NCBI GenBank assembly: GCA_002269645.1
Contig: NIVC01001941.1
Coordinates: 1 to 64,000, forward strand
Reading direction: 5' to 3'
Length of the DNA stretch: 64,000 nucleotides
Origin: Macrostomum lignano
Lineage: Eukaryota
This document shows, one piece after another, positions 24,337-35,725 of this stretch. A program made the position numbers and the translations under genes. Positions within the stretch are counted from its first letter, which is position 1. Each line of letters starts with the position of its first letter. The notes beneath the pieces were generated by a model. It saw only the letters and a list, made by a program, of their open reading frames with translations, made no database searches and had not been told where the DNA came from.

Positions 24337-25429
24337 TCATATAAACAAAAATGCGCATGCATTGCAGACACTTGCTGCAATGTAGCAGCCACGTTTCTGT
24401 GTTGCAATAGAACTGTCTTCCAGCCTCGCTTTCTATGCTCAGCCTCCGGTTTGTGAGCAGCTGATCTATCTGTTTTGTTCTGAGCGGCTGCGATGAAGGT
24501 GAACGCGATGAGGATGGACTTCGGAGCCGACTGGGACGCGATCAGCACGTACAGAGTCATGGACATGATGATGGCGATGGACAGGTTCACCGGGTCGCTC
24601 TTATCACCAGCCAGGAACATGATGCTTGCGAGCAGCGACAGCAGCTCGAACGGGACAATCACCAGCACCATATAATACGTGAACCTTCGCTTCAGGTGAA
24701 GGAAAAGCCTCACAATTTTGAATTACTGCCCACCAATAGAGTCGATCATGTCCGTTTGGGAAATATTTTTCAAGTCCCATTCACTGACAGTTGACGAAGA
24801 CTGTTCCGAATCAATATTCTCTTCAAATATATTTTGCACTGTAATATTGAACACAGTCAAGTCCGAAGATATCGTGCCGATTTGAATGGAGCAGACTTGG
24901 AAACTTGAGCAGACTTGCGCGTCGAATGGAAACTTGGCGACTTGTATGATGCAGGCAAATTGGACTACAAAGAAGATAGAGAGCTTAACCTCACAATTTG
25001 GGAACACTGTGGCGTCCTGAAATTTTGTATTTCGTACGTCATACGAAAGCTCTCAGCTTTCCTTCGTATTCCAGAATCCAACATCCGGCAGCCACGAGCT
25101 GTTTTTCTCCACCTTAGCTGCTTCGGTGGACTTTCCGTTGAGTTCCAGGCTAGCCGGGGGTCAGTCCAGGTCATCTGAATACATCCAGAAAACTCCTGAA
25201 GCTCCTCGTCCGGGCCGTATATAGTCTTCACATGGAGCATCAAGTCAACAACACAATATTTGTACCGTAGCCACAGTGCTTGGGTGACAGCTTGACGCGA
25301 CTGCGCACCGATGGACTCCGACAGAGCGCGACAGGCGGCCACTTCAGCGTCGGCAGCCCATTCAGTGCTGGCTGATACCAGCAAGACTGCGTGGCTCAGA
25401 AGAATCCGGAATTGCGCCAGTGAAGACAT
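24337..25429 (-). pseudogene. Atypical nAChR-like Cys-loop channel, copy C (pseudogene)
   Basis: WTDPRLAWN, CIIQVAKFPFDAQVC and EW are present. Several frameshifts, and a 48-bp deletion near 24516 removes MNTIPLVGLFLMAQML (M2-M3 loop and M3). Confidence 0.85.
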
Positions 25430-25689
25430 GGTAAGTTAAAGACTTTCATTCTGGTGTTCTGCTTATAGATGACACGAACGCCAGCCATTACTCTCCCAGT
25501 CTCTAATTCATGCAGGGTCGGCAAAGGTTCCAACTCTCCTCTCCTCTCTCTCCTCTCATGTCGGGCAACATGCGGCCCGCAGAGCCTCTCTATCCGACCC
25601 TCGGATCTTTTGAAACTTCACAATGTACTGCATCCGGCCCACAAGCAATCAAGCAATCCGGCCCACTCAATTTTTATATCGCTTCTCAG

Positions 25690-26400
25690 CACTCTTCTCT
25701 CTAATCTCCTCTCTACTCTCTTCCTCTCTCCTCTCTTCTCTTCTCTATCATGTCTTCTCTCCTCTCTCCTCTCATCTCCTCTCCTCCTCTCTTCTCTCTC
25801 CTCTCTCCTCTCTCCTCTCTTCTCTTCTCTATCATGTCTTCTCTCCTCTCTCCTCTCATCTCCTCTCCTCCTCTCTTCTCTCTCCTCTCTCCTCTCCTCC
25901 TCTCTTCTCTCTCCTCTCTCCTCTCTCCTCTCTCCTCTCATCTCCTCTCCTCCTCTCCTCTCCTCCTCTCCTCTCCTCCTCTCCTCCTCTCTCCTCTCTC
26001 CTCTCTCCTCTCTCCTCTCTCCTCTCTTCTCTCTCCTCTCATCTCCTCTCCTCCTCTCCTCATCTCCTCTCTCCTCTCTCCTCTCTCCTCTCTCCTCTCA
26101 TCTCCTCTCCTCCTCTCCTCTCCTCCTCTCCTCCTCTCTTCTCTCTCCTCTCATCTCCTCTCCTCCTCTCTTCTCTCTCCTCTCATCTCCTCTCCTCCTC
26201 TCCTCATCTCCTCTCTCCTCCTCTCCTCTCCTCCTCTCCTCCTCTCTTCTCTCTCCTCTATTCTCACTCATTTTCTCTCCTCCTGTCCTCTCTTTTCTCC
26301 CTCCTTTCTCCACTCCTCTCTTCTCCTTTATTATCTCACCTCTCCTTTCTCTTACCTCCCTTCTCTCTTCTTTATTTCCTCTCCTCTCTCCCCTCCTCTG
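25690..26400. repeat. CT-rich (CTCTC/CTC) microsatellite
   Basis: Pure pyrimidine low-complexity tract. Confidence 0.95.
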
Positions 26401-28029
26401 GGCCCACAGTCAGTCTCTAGGTTCTCTATCTGGCTCGTCAAATATTTAAATTTCCTATTTGTCACATTATTCATTAAGTTTTCAGTAGAAAATCATCCAA
26501 CAGTAGTTCAGCTTCTGCCCACTTGTTAAGCTTGGTGGCTCTGATGTTTGCAACATGTGATCTGGCCCTGTAGTCTGTGGGCGTGTGTTTGAAAACTGCT
26601 GCATGTTTGACCAGTAGGTTTGCTTTGGCGCAGTCTGCTATGGATGAGGCTGACTGTTGACCAGCACATTCAATAATTGGCATATGGTAAATGGATTAAA
26701 AATTACGAGCGCTATGCTTGGACCTTAGCAACAGAATCCAGTGGAAATAGATGTACAAGCCGTAAGAGCCGTAAGAGTTTTTGCTGCGTCAAAAGTCAAG
26801 ACCATCGGCTAACTTTTTCTTGCGCACCTTCGCAAACGATAATCAAGTCACCAACCCTCCGGACCATCGAGATATTCATAAGCGCCAGTGCATTCAATAC
26901 AGCCCTGTGCGCCAACCAGCGCTGCGCCTCAGCGCAGCCTTGCCAAGCCTCCAAATTTCACCAGCACATCTCTGCATCAGCTCTGACTTCTTTGGTCACT
27001 GGTCTTTACTCAGGCGGATCCTTCCAGGGTGGCACCCGGTGACTATGGACACCCTGTGCAAGTTTCTCTGAGTTCGCTGATCAAGCCTCGGCAGTAGGCA
27101 AGCCTCAACTGCTGGACATCCTCAGCTAGTCTCTCCAGAATTCCGTCATCACCCCGACGCTGTCGGTACCTTCAACAGGTGGCACTGTGGGCAATAGAGC
27201 AATACCTTTAATGAGTAATACGATCAATTACAGTGTATAGCAATCTTTATATTTTACCTATTCGGGCGACGTAAATAATTAATCAGGTTTGAAAAAAGCT
27301 ATAGAAAAGCGAAGACGCACTGCATGATGACTGGGTTCATATGAGCGGCACTTGCTCTGAATTTTAAATCCATACTACTCACCAAATGAGTAGAAAGCTT
27401 TAAAAAATCGGCCACTTTGAGTGTACACGTTTTGGCTTGGGAACACGTCTTTTCAGTTGATACTTTTAAGTTTATATCGGCAAAAGTAGGAAAGTAGATG
27501 ATGAGTTGTAATGCAGGTGATCCCGTAAAAGCTAGTGGAAATTGCGTAGAAGATAAGTATGCATTGAGTTCAGTGAGTGAACAGAAAAGTACTCCTTTCA
27601 ACAAGTAATTCTTTATAGTTGTCAATAGTCTTTGCTTGAAGAACTTTAACCAGACCTGACAAGACATCTCCATTCAAACGGAGCATTTCTTTTGATCGGA
27701 TGGCTGCCGCAACACAGCTGTTATTTGGACATAACCAAACTTGGCAAATAGACTCGTCCTAAGAACACTGTGACAGTAGCATTTAGTGTCTTGAGAGCAG
27801 AACCCGATGCCAGTGCAAATATTGCTAAGACACTGGGATCATATATGACGAGAGAATGAGCTCTGCGCCATCCTGAGCAGATCTTCATCGTTAAGCCCGG
27901 AACTCTTTTCTGTCGCCGTTCATAATTCATATCTCGTGTCATTTATACTAACATAACATGAACATACACCAGCCCCGCCTGTCCCCAAAGGGAAGACTCA
28001 GTTCAATCCACTATCCACTATTGGGAACA

Positions 28030-28375
28030 TTTTTATTAGAGGCAGGCGCTGTGTGCACCTAAGTGACATTGTCACACAACCGGCGAGAGGCATTGCTGCC
28101 CATTCCGCCGACTCCCCTGAGCAGGCACACAAGCGCGGATACGTACACAGTCATACGCGCAGGCACACACTCACACAGGAGTGTACAGCGGCCCTAACTT
28201 TATTTATCGTTAGGCATGTACACTTCACTGTGCCTTGGGGTCGGCCCTCAAGGCCGTTAATTGCACGAGCAGAGCCAAGCCGCGATTCCAATTTAGCCCC
28301 AAATTAATGTGACTGCACTTGGAATCGAACCTGGACCGCTGACACGGGCCAGGCTACGGCCCACTGACTATCGGG
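28030..28375 (-). mobile_element. tRNA-derived SINE copy
   Basis: B-box GGTTCGATTCC (plus ggaatcgaacc at 28321). Body shared with 34670-34830, 39285-39575, 40400-40530 and 62815-63105; tail ...CTCTAATAAAAA. Confidence 0.75.
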
Positions 28376-28932
28376 AATTAACAGAATTTGATCCAATGTA
28401 ATCATATTCTCCATATATTTGGACAATTGGGCAAAACTGGTTTGCAACTGCGAAAAAAAGGCTATTCCATAGAGAATCGTCCTTTAATGTTCATGGAGAT
28501 AGATGTACTCAGCAGACTAAAAAATACTGCGAAAACTAAGGACTCATTATTTGCCAATAGAAATGTCATTAATTGATGGGTGAAACAAGCCGTGACGAGC
28601 TGAGTGCCCCCCCCCCCCCTAGTCTAGAACAACCAGCATGCAGATAATTATTTACCTTGACAACGAGAGCGAGATCTGCAGCTCTGAAATGGAAATGCGG
28701 AAATGTTTTACCAAGCCAAACCTCTCGAGGAAGCTTGTGGAGATGAAAATGCAGCAAATAAAAGTTTAGAACCAACGCGTTAATCCCTCATCTCTATCCA
28801 TATATAGCACTGAGAGCAGAGCAGTTTAGCATGAATTAACTCGGGAAAGCAAAAAACTCTCACAAGACGCAAGATAAAAGCTCGACAAACGCAAATATTT
28901 GAGTTCAATACTTATCTACCGTTAATAAGCAT

Positions 28933-30087
28933 ATGAACCATCCCGGTGGCAACAAAATGTCTTCAACAGCAACATTACTGCTGCCTGTGCTGCTCTTGCT
29001 TGCGACTGTTTCAGAGTCAAACTCAGCAGCCAGCACTGATGCGGCCACTGCTGCGTGTCAAGCGCTGTCGGAGTCCATCGGTCCGCAGTCGCTGGCGCAG
29101 TGCCACACGTTGATGTACCCCAGCCAGTTCGGCTACCAAACGAACGTCAGCGTGCACATCTTGCTGAAAACTATCTACGGCCTGGACGAGAAGGAGCTGC
29201 TGGAGTTCTCCGCTTGGTTCCAGATTTCATGGACTGACCCTCGGCTGGCCTGGAATTCTTCAGCACCAGGCAGCCCACAGTACTTGCGAGTCGACCGGGG
29301 CAGCGTGTGGCTACCAGACGTTGGCTTCCTTAATTCGAAGGGCGAGATGTTTGACCTCCGAAACACCAAGTTCACTGACGCAGTAATTTTTCCTACTGGG
29401 GAAGTCGGCATTTACACATTCGCAGTTGTTCAGTTTGCCTGCGCCATCGATGTGAGATACTTCCCATTCGACACTCAGCTGTGCGCCACCCAACTCGGCA
29501 CCATATCGTCAGACACTTCCGGGTTCAAATTGTCGGTGTCTATCAGCTACAACAAATCAGAGAACCTGGGCCTGGATTTGTACCAGGTCGGCGAGTGGGA
29601 GCTGATAAGCGTTACTCATGAGCTTTCCCGATATGTGGCCGCTGGTGACAGCCTTTATGTCGCCAACATCAAGTTCCACCTGAAGCGCAAGTGGATGTAC
29701 TACGCTGTGCTGGTGATTGTCCCGTTCGAGCTGCTGTCGCTGCTCGCAAGCATCATGTTCCTGGCTGGTGACAAGAGCGACCCGGTGAACCTGTCCATCG
29801 CCATCATCATGTCCATGACTCTGTACGTGCTGATCGCGTCCCAGTCGGCTCCGAAGTCCATGAACACGATCCCGCTAGTCGGCCTGTTCCTCATGGCTCA
29901 GATGCTCATCCTCATCGCGTTCACCTTCATCGCTGCTCTAAAAGTCACTTATTCGTCTGCGACCTCGGAGGCGCCATCTAAACTGAAGAAACTGATTTTG
30001 TTTCTGTCAAAGCACAAAAATGTTGTCTGCTTTATAAGCTACATCAGCCTTACTATCATTAATATTATTGTGTTTGTATACATCTGA
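28933..30087 (+). CDS. Intronless atypical nAChR-like Cys-loop channel, copy D, ~376-384 aa
   Basis: Signal peptide (ATG 28933 or 28957), WLPDVGFLNS, CAIDVRYFPFDTQLC, GEW, M1-M4. Confidence 0.92.
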   Translation: MNHPGGNKMSSTATLLLPVLLLLATVSESNSAASTDAATAACQALSESIGPQSLAQCHTLMYPSQFGYQTNVSVHILLKTIYGLDEKELLEFSAWFQISWTDPRLAWNSSAPGSPQYLRVDRGSVWLPDVGFLNSKGEMFDLRNTKFTDAVIFPTGEVGIYTFAVVQFACAIDVRYFPFDTQLCATQLGTISSDTSGFKLSVSISYNKSENLGLDLYQVGEWELISVTHELSRYVAAGDSLYVANIKFHLKRKWMYYAVLVIVPFELLSLLASIMFLAGDKSDPVNLSIAIIMSMTLYVLIASQSAPKSMNTIPLVGLFLMAQMLILIAFTFIAALKVTYSSATSEAPSKLKKLILFLSKHKNVVCFISYISLTIINIIVFVYI

Positions 30088-30481
30088 CTTCAATTCATTT
30101 CTTTGCGCGCAAGAACCAACTGGTTTTATTGTTCTATGGTTTGGCTGTGAATCAGACGCTGCAACATCTCTTGACTTTGAAATTAAGAGAAAAACATCTC
30201 ATCCCTTCAGCCAAGATTCACTATGCGCTGGATTACTATGCCATGGGTTCTTTTCACAACGCTATTTTCCTCAATGCTTCCTCATTTATTTCGTAGAACG
30301 TGATATAATTAATTTTTTTTATTTTCATAAAGATTCATCATGTGTACATTTATGTAGAGATTCCACATTACTACGATTGTGCTTCAAGGCAATAGTGCAG
30401 CCTCATTAAAGCAGCTATTATCGCTAATGCGTATGTTGAGAAGATAAGTCAACTGACCCTGGGTCTAAAAGATGTGCCTAA

Positions 30482-30953
30482 GGGAACACGAGAATTTCCC
30501 GCCGGAAGTTTTCCCGCCGAGGCTTGCCCGCCGATATTTCCCCGCTGGAGGTTTCCCCGCTGGAGGTTTTCCCGCTGGAGGTTTCCCCGCTGGAGGTTTC
30601 CCCGCTGGAGGTTTCCCCGCTGGAGGTTTCCCCGCTGGAGGTTTCCGCGCTGAAGGTTTCCCGCTGGAGGTTTCCCCGCTGGAGGTTTCCGCGCTGGAGG
30701 TTTCCCGCTGGAGGTTTCCCCGCTGGAGGTTTCCCCGCTGGAGGTTTCCCCGCTGGAGGTTTCCCCGCTGGAGGTTTCCCCGCCGAGATTTCCCCGCAGG
30801 GTTTTTCCTGTCGGAATCTCAAGTCAAATCCAGTCTATAGACAATGCTGGACTAGATTAGAACTAGCCTAAGACTAGATTTCAAATCCAATTGGAAAAAC
30901 CCTGCGGGAAAACCTCCGCGGAAAAACTTCCTGCAGGAAACTCTCATAGACCC
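30482..30953. mobile_element. MITE-like element with an 8-bp target-site duplication and internal 15-bp repeats
   Basis: GTGCCTAA flanks both ends (30474-30481 and 30954-30961). Imperfect TIRs GGGaacacGAGAaTTTCC and GGGtctatGAGAgTTTCC; internal (CCCGCTGGAGGTTTC)n at 30540-30780. Confidence 0.7.
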
Positions 30954-32037
30954 GTGCCTAATAGCCTTCAAAAAACACAGAAATAGTAGCCAGGAGAGCA
31001 AACTGCCTATTTTAAGGCTAACCATAGCTAGAAATTGCCCTTCATTCGCAGCCTCATCGTTTTTTGCTTAACTGGGTGTCACAGATGCCGTTCTGGAAAA
31101 TTCCATCAACTAGAACCTCTAGTTTTTGAGGTAATTTGTATTTAAGCATGCACCATCCTAGGTTGGGCGCAGTTTACGTAACAATAGCATCATCATTAAC
31201 ATTCTTATTATTAATCTAAATATACTAATATTATTACTATTTCTACGATTATTATTGAAAACACGCTGAGGGTACTGGTATTTAATGATATTACTCGAGG
31301 CAAAAATTCAAAAAGCTAGTGAATAAAAATACTTTTCGACCTAACGGGAGTGAAATCTCGTGTTATTCATGCTTGTTTTCTTCTGTAACAATCTGAAGCC
31401 TCATGAAGTTGCTTTCTAGCTTGTGTCATGTCTTTGATGCAGTTTTCTAGGTAGCATTTCCATCATGTCTTCTTGAGTCATTAGGTAAAATATTTAATCT
31501 TCTGCAGTAAGGTTTTTTTAATTCGGAACTTTATCTGGGATTTCCTGTTCAAGTTTATCACGGAGAAGCACGATACAGTAAAAGTTCCAACTGCACTTAA
31601 AAAGTAACTGAACTTCACTTTCTACTCCCCACATGGCACTTTGAGCAGGTCAGCTGTTCTCCTAAGGGATCTTTGGTCTCGCAGTTCTCATTGTGTCGCA
31701 ACCCAGTTCATGGTTCGAACTCTTCTATCGGTAGAGATGTAGAACGTCCTCAATTTTCGGGACCAGAAAACTCTGCATTTGCTATCCGAGTGTTCAGATA
31801 ATAAGAAGCTGTCAATTACATTGCTTAATGACAGGAAAGTGTCATTTATTTTAATGTTGTATGGATGTTGTCTTTAGGCTTACTATGAGTAGTAACTATG
31901 AAATAAACTGCAATTGTACCAAGCAATATTATTATTAATCTGAGTAAGTGTAAAAAACGCTAGTCGAACTCTGTTGGCGGCTGAAGGCCTCAAATTTCTA
32001 AATTTTTATTGCATACTGCGAGACGAGCGCCAGCAAG

Positions 32038-33177
32038 ATGCGAACCTGTAAATGTATTCTGCCTCTGCTTCTACTAGTTCACAGTATCATGCGCTCAAGC
32101 GCCATCGACCCGGCAACAAACGCTGACGTGCCTGCGTGCCGCGCACTGGCGGAGTCCATCAGACCGCAGGCGCTGCCGCAGTGCCACGTCTTGCTGTCTC
32201 CGAGCTACTTCGGCTACCAAACAGACGTCAGGGTGTTGATTTATCTGAATACCATCTACGGCCTGGACGAAAAGGAGCTGCTGGAGTTCTCTGGCTGGAT
32301 TTGGATTTCCTGGACTGACCCTCGACTCGCCTGGAACTCGTCATCGCCGGGCAGCCCGCACCAGCTGCGTCTCCACAGAAACAGCCTCTGGCTACCGGAC
32401 GTCGAGTTCCTCAACTCCAAGGGCGAAATGTTCGCCGATGCTCTATTGTTTCCAACCGGAGAAGCTAGCATTTACACATTCGCAGTGGTGCAGTTCGCAT
32501 GCGCCATCGATGGGAGATACTTCCCCTTCGACAGTCAGCTGTGCGCTATTCAAGTCAGCACAGGAACGTCCGACGTCACGCATTTTAACCTATCGGTGTC
32601 TGTTTACTACAACAGCTCCACGTACGATGGGCTGGAACTTTCCCTGGTTGGCGAGTGGGATCTGGAGAAAGTGACTGGTGAACAGTCCAGAGAAAAGTCA
32701 CTTGACTTCAACTTTTATATGGTGGATTTACAATTCCACCTGAAGCGCAGGTGGATGTACTACGCTGTGCTGGTGATTGTCCCGTTCCAGCTGCTGTCGC
32801 TGCTCGCAAGCATCATGTTCCTGGCTGGTGACAAGAGCGACCCGGTGAACCTGTCCATCGCCATCATCATGTCCATGACTCTGTACGTGCTGATCGCGTC
32901 CCAGTCGGCTCCGAAGTCCATGAACACGATCCTGTTCGGTCTGTTCCTCATGATACAAATGCTCATCCTCATCGCGTTCACCTTCATTTCCGCTCTGAAA
33001 GCACACCCCTCATCTGCGCCCTCGGATGCGCCCTCAACGATCAGAAGACTTGGAAGGTTTTTAGCGAGTCACAAGAATGCAATCTGCTTCATCAGCTACA
33101 TCCTGCTCACGGCTGCAAACATAATCGCGCTTGGTTGGAACGCTGGAGCAGGATTTCCGAGTCAACAGAGGCTTTAA
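32038..33177 (+). CDS. Intronless atypical nAChR-like Cys-loop channel, copy E, 379 aa
   Basis: WLPDVEFLNS, CAIDGRYFPFDSQLC, GEW, M1-M4. Carries a 7-aa ECD deletion relative to D, and TILFG replaces TIPLVG. Confidence 0.9.
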   Translation: MRTCKCILPLLLLVHSIMRSSAIDPATNADVPACRALAESIRPQALPQCHVLLSPSYFGYQTDVRVLIYLNTIYGLDEKELLEFSGWIWISWTDPRLAWNSSSPGSPHQLRLHRNSLWLPDVEFLNSKGEMFADALLFPTGEASIYTFAVVQFACAIDGRYFPFDSQLCAIQVSTGTSDVTHFNLSVSVYYNSSTYDGLELSLVGEWDLEKVTGEQSREKSLDFNFYMVDLQFHLKRRWMYYAVLVIVPFQLLSLLASIMFLAGDKSDPVNLSIAIIMSMTLYVLIASQSAPKSMNTILFGLFLMIQMLILIAFTFISALKAHPSSAPSDAPSTIRRLGRFLASHKNAICFISYILLTAANIIALGWNAGAGFPSQQRL

Positions 33178-33724
33178 AAATATTTGAGTTTGATATCTTT
33201 ATATGCTTTTACTAAAATTCCACATGGTTGCTGAAGCATGATTAGAATGCATGTATATGCATTATTTTTGCACTCAACTCACTCTTTTCGTTGGAGTTGG
33301 AGCTAATTTGGTAAAATGTCCGTAAATTGACTTCTCATGCACTCCCTATTCAGAACATTTCTTTATTAGCTTCTATAATCCATTAACAGCGATGGCTAAG
33401 AGCAATGCACAAAAGACCACTTTCGTTGATAAGCACCGCGGCTGCATGCAATCTCCTAATTAACACTTTGAAAAAAATTTTCGACACTGGCTAGCAAGAA
33501 AAACTGACACTTATCGCTGGGATTGCTACATTTTTAAAACGCGCGTCTCGCGTAAAATATCAATGGTTCCCTATATTAGGGCAGTTATTCGTTCAAATCG
33601 ATTCATGAATTCGAAGACAATAAATGTGTCATTTTGCTTGTTTCCTGGCCTCCAATAATCACGGATAATGTATTAATATATATAATAGTTTATACAGCAT
33701 ATGCATATACGGTATGGTCTGTAG

Positions 33725-34492
33725 ATTGTCCATAGTTTTGGAGGCAGACAATGGTAGACTGTGCCTATGGTTTTGGAGGCAGACAATGGTCGATTGTGTC
33801 TATGGTTTTGGAGGCAGACAATGGTCGATTGTGTCTATGGTTTTGGAGGCAGACAATGGTAGATTGTGTCTATGGTTTTGGAGGCAGACAATGGTCGATT
33901 GTGTCTATGGTTTTGGAGCCAGACAATGGTCGATTGTGTCTATGGTTTTGGAGGCAGACAATGGTCGATTGTGTCTATGGTTTTGGAGGCAGACAATGGT
34001 AGATTGTGTCTATGGTTTTGGAGGCAGACAATGGTCGATTGTGTCAATGGTTTTGGAGGCAGACAATGGTAGATTGTGTCTATGGTTTTGGAGGCAGACA
34101 ATGGTCGATTGTGTCTATGGTTTTGGAGGCAGACAATGGTCGATTGTGTCTATGGTTTTGGAGGCAGACAATGGTCGATTGTGTCTATGGTTTTGGAGGC
34201 AGACAATGGTCGATTGTGTCTATGGTTTTGGAGGCAGACAATGGTCGATTGTGTCTATGGTTTTGGAGGCAGACAATGGTAGATTGTGTCTATGGTTTTG
34301 GAGGCAGACAATGGTAGATTGTGTCTATGGTTTTGGAGGCAGACAATGGTCGATTGTGTCTATGGTTTTGGAGGCAGACAATGGTAGATTGTGTCTATGG
34401 TTTTGGAGGCAGACAATGGTAGATTGTGTCTATGGTTTTGGAGGCAGACAATGGTAGATTGTGTCTATGGTTTTGGAGGCAGACAATGGTAT
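33725..34492. repeat. 35-bp satellite (TTTTGGAGGCAGACAATGGTCGATTGTGTCTATGG)n
   Basis: About 22 highly homogeneous copies. Confidence 0.97.
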
Positions 34493-34669
34493 TCGCACAT
34501 AGCATGCTATTCGCACATTGACTTTTAATTTAGTAACTCTGAAATCCGCGTGCTCCGCACTTTTAGGATGACACGCTAAGCTAGGAATGTAACCAGTTGT
34601 TTTTAATTTGACTCCATTGGCAATACTTTCCAGCTTTCACGCAGAAGAAAAGCACACGTATCGTTAGCT

Positions 34670-34830
34670 ATTTTTATTAGAGGCAGGGGCTCCGTGTACC
34701 TTGGTGCACCTTCAGCGACATTGTCAACAACCGGCAAGAGGCATTACTGCCCATTCCGCCGACTCCCCTGAGCAGGCATACAAGCGCGCGGATACGTACG
34801 AAGTCATACGCACAGGCACACACTCACACG
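34670..34830 (-). mobile_element. 5'-truncated SINE copy
   Basis: Matches 28030-28170 (tttttattagaggcagg...ccattccgccgactcccctgagcaggca). Confidence 0.7.
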
Positions 34831-35309
34831 CTGATGTCTACAGTGCTGATATCTATGGCGCTGGCGCTATAATACACTATTATTTCATAATCCCTTCATC
34901 ATCATCAACCTTCAGTTATTTGGTTTGAAATAACGATAATGACTCTGTATAATCTCTATCCTTAATTCCCCATGTACCGGTATATTATCTGGAGGATATC
35001 ACCAGATACTAGAAACAACAGTGAAGAGCGTTATCGATTTTTTATTCACAATAGTTGACAAAGCATGTGTTTACTAGTTTTTTTTTATTTTTTTTCGACC
35101 AAATAAAAGTACAACAATATAAATAATACGAAGTATACACATGTGATATGTTGTGCACTGAGAGGCAGATTCTAATTTTGATTGAATAATTGATGAGAAA
35201 AATTGAAGAAAAAAGTAAAAACCAGAAAAATCTGAGTACAAAGTTTTTTTAAAGATCTTTCATCCCTTCAAAACTCGCCACTACATCCGCCCATGATTCA
35301 TAATCCTTA

Positions 35310-35725
35310 TATAGTTGTCTTTTCTTCATCCCTTCATCATTCCTCCATGATCCCTTCATCAAACCTTTCATCATCTCTTTAGCATCCCTTCATTCTCCTT
35401 TTATCGTCCTTTCATCATCCATGCATCATCCCTTCATCATCCTTTCATCCTCCTTTCATCACCTCTTCATCATCCTTTTATCGTTTTTTCATCATCCATG
35501 CATCATCCCTTCATCATCCTTTCATCCTCCTTTCATCATCTCTTCATCGTCCCTTCATCATCCCTTCATCATCCTTTCATCATCTTTTCTTCATCCTTTC
35601 GTCCTTTCATCATCCATGCATCATCCCTTCATCGTCCCTTCATCATCCATTCATCATCCATGAACCATCCTTTCATCATCCCTTCATCGTCCCTTCATCA
35701 TCCCTTCATCAGCCCTTCATCGTCC
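35310..35725. repeat. (TCATCCCT)-type low-complexity microsatellite
   Basis: Degenerate tca/tcc repeats overlapping the stop codon of the CUB-LDLa gene. Confidence 0.9.

Noticed and set aside
25469-26529. Leu/Ser-rich and Glu/Arg-rich ORFs
   Set aside because: Products of the CT microsatellite; the same applies to 37953-39212, 45243-45653, 48838-49405 and 54034-55087.
26470-27950. Possible decayed LINE or transposase fragments
   Set aside because: Coding-like composition but interrupted by stops, with no motif I could identify confidently; needs tblastx against Repbase.
33725-34492. 35-bp partly palindromic repeats as a possible CRISPR array
   Set aside because: Units are contiguous with no unique spacers, there are no cas genes, and the context is eukaryotic.
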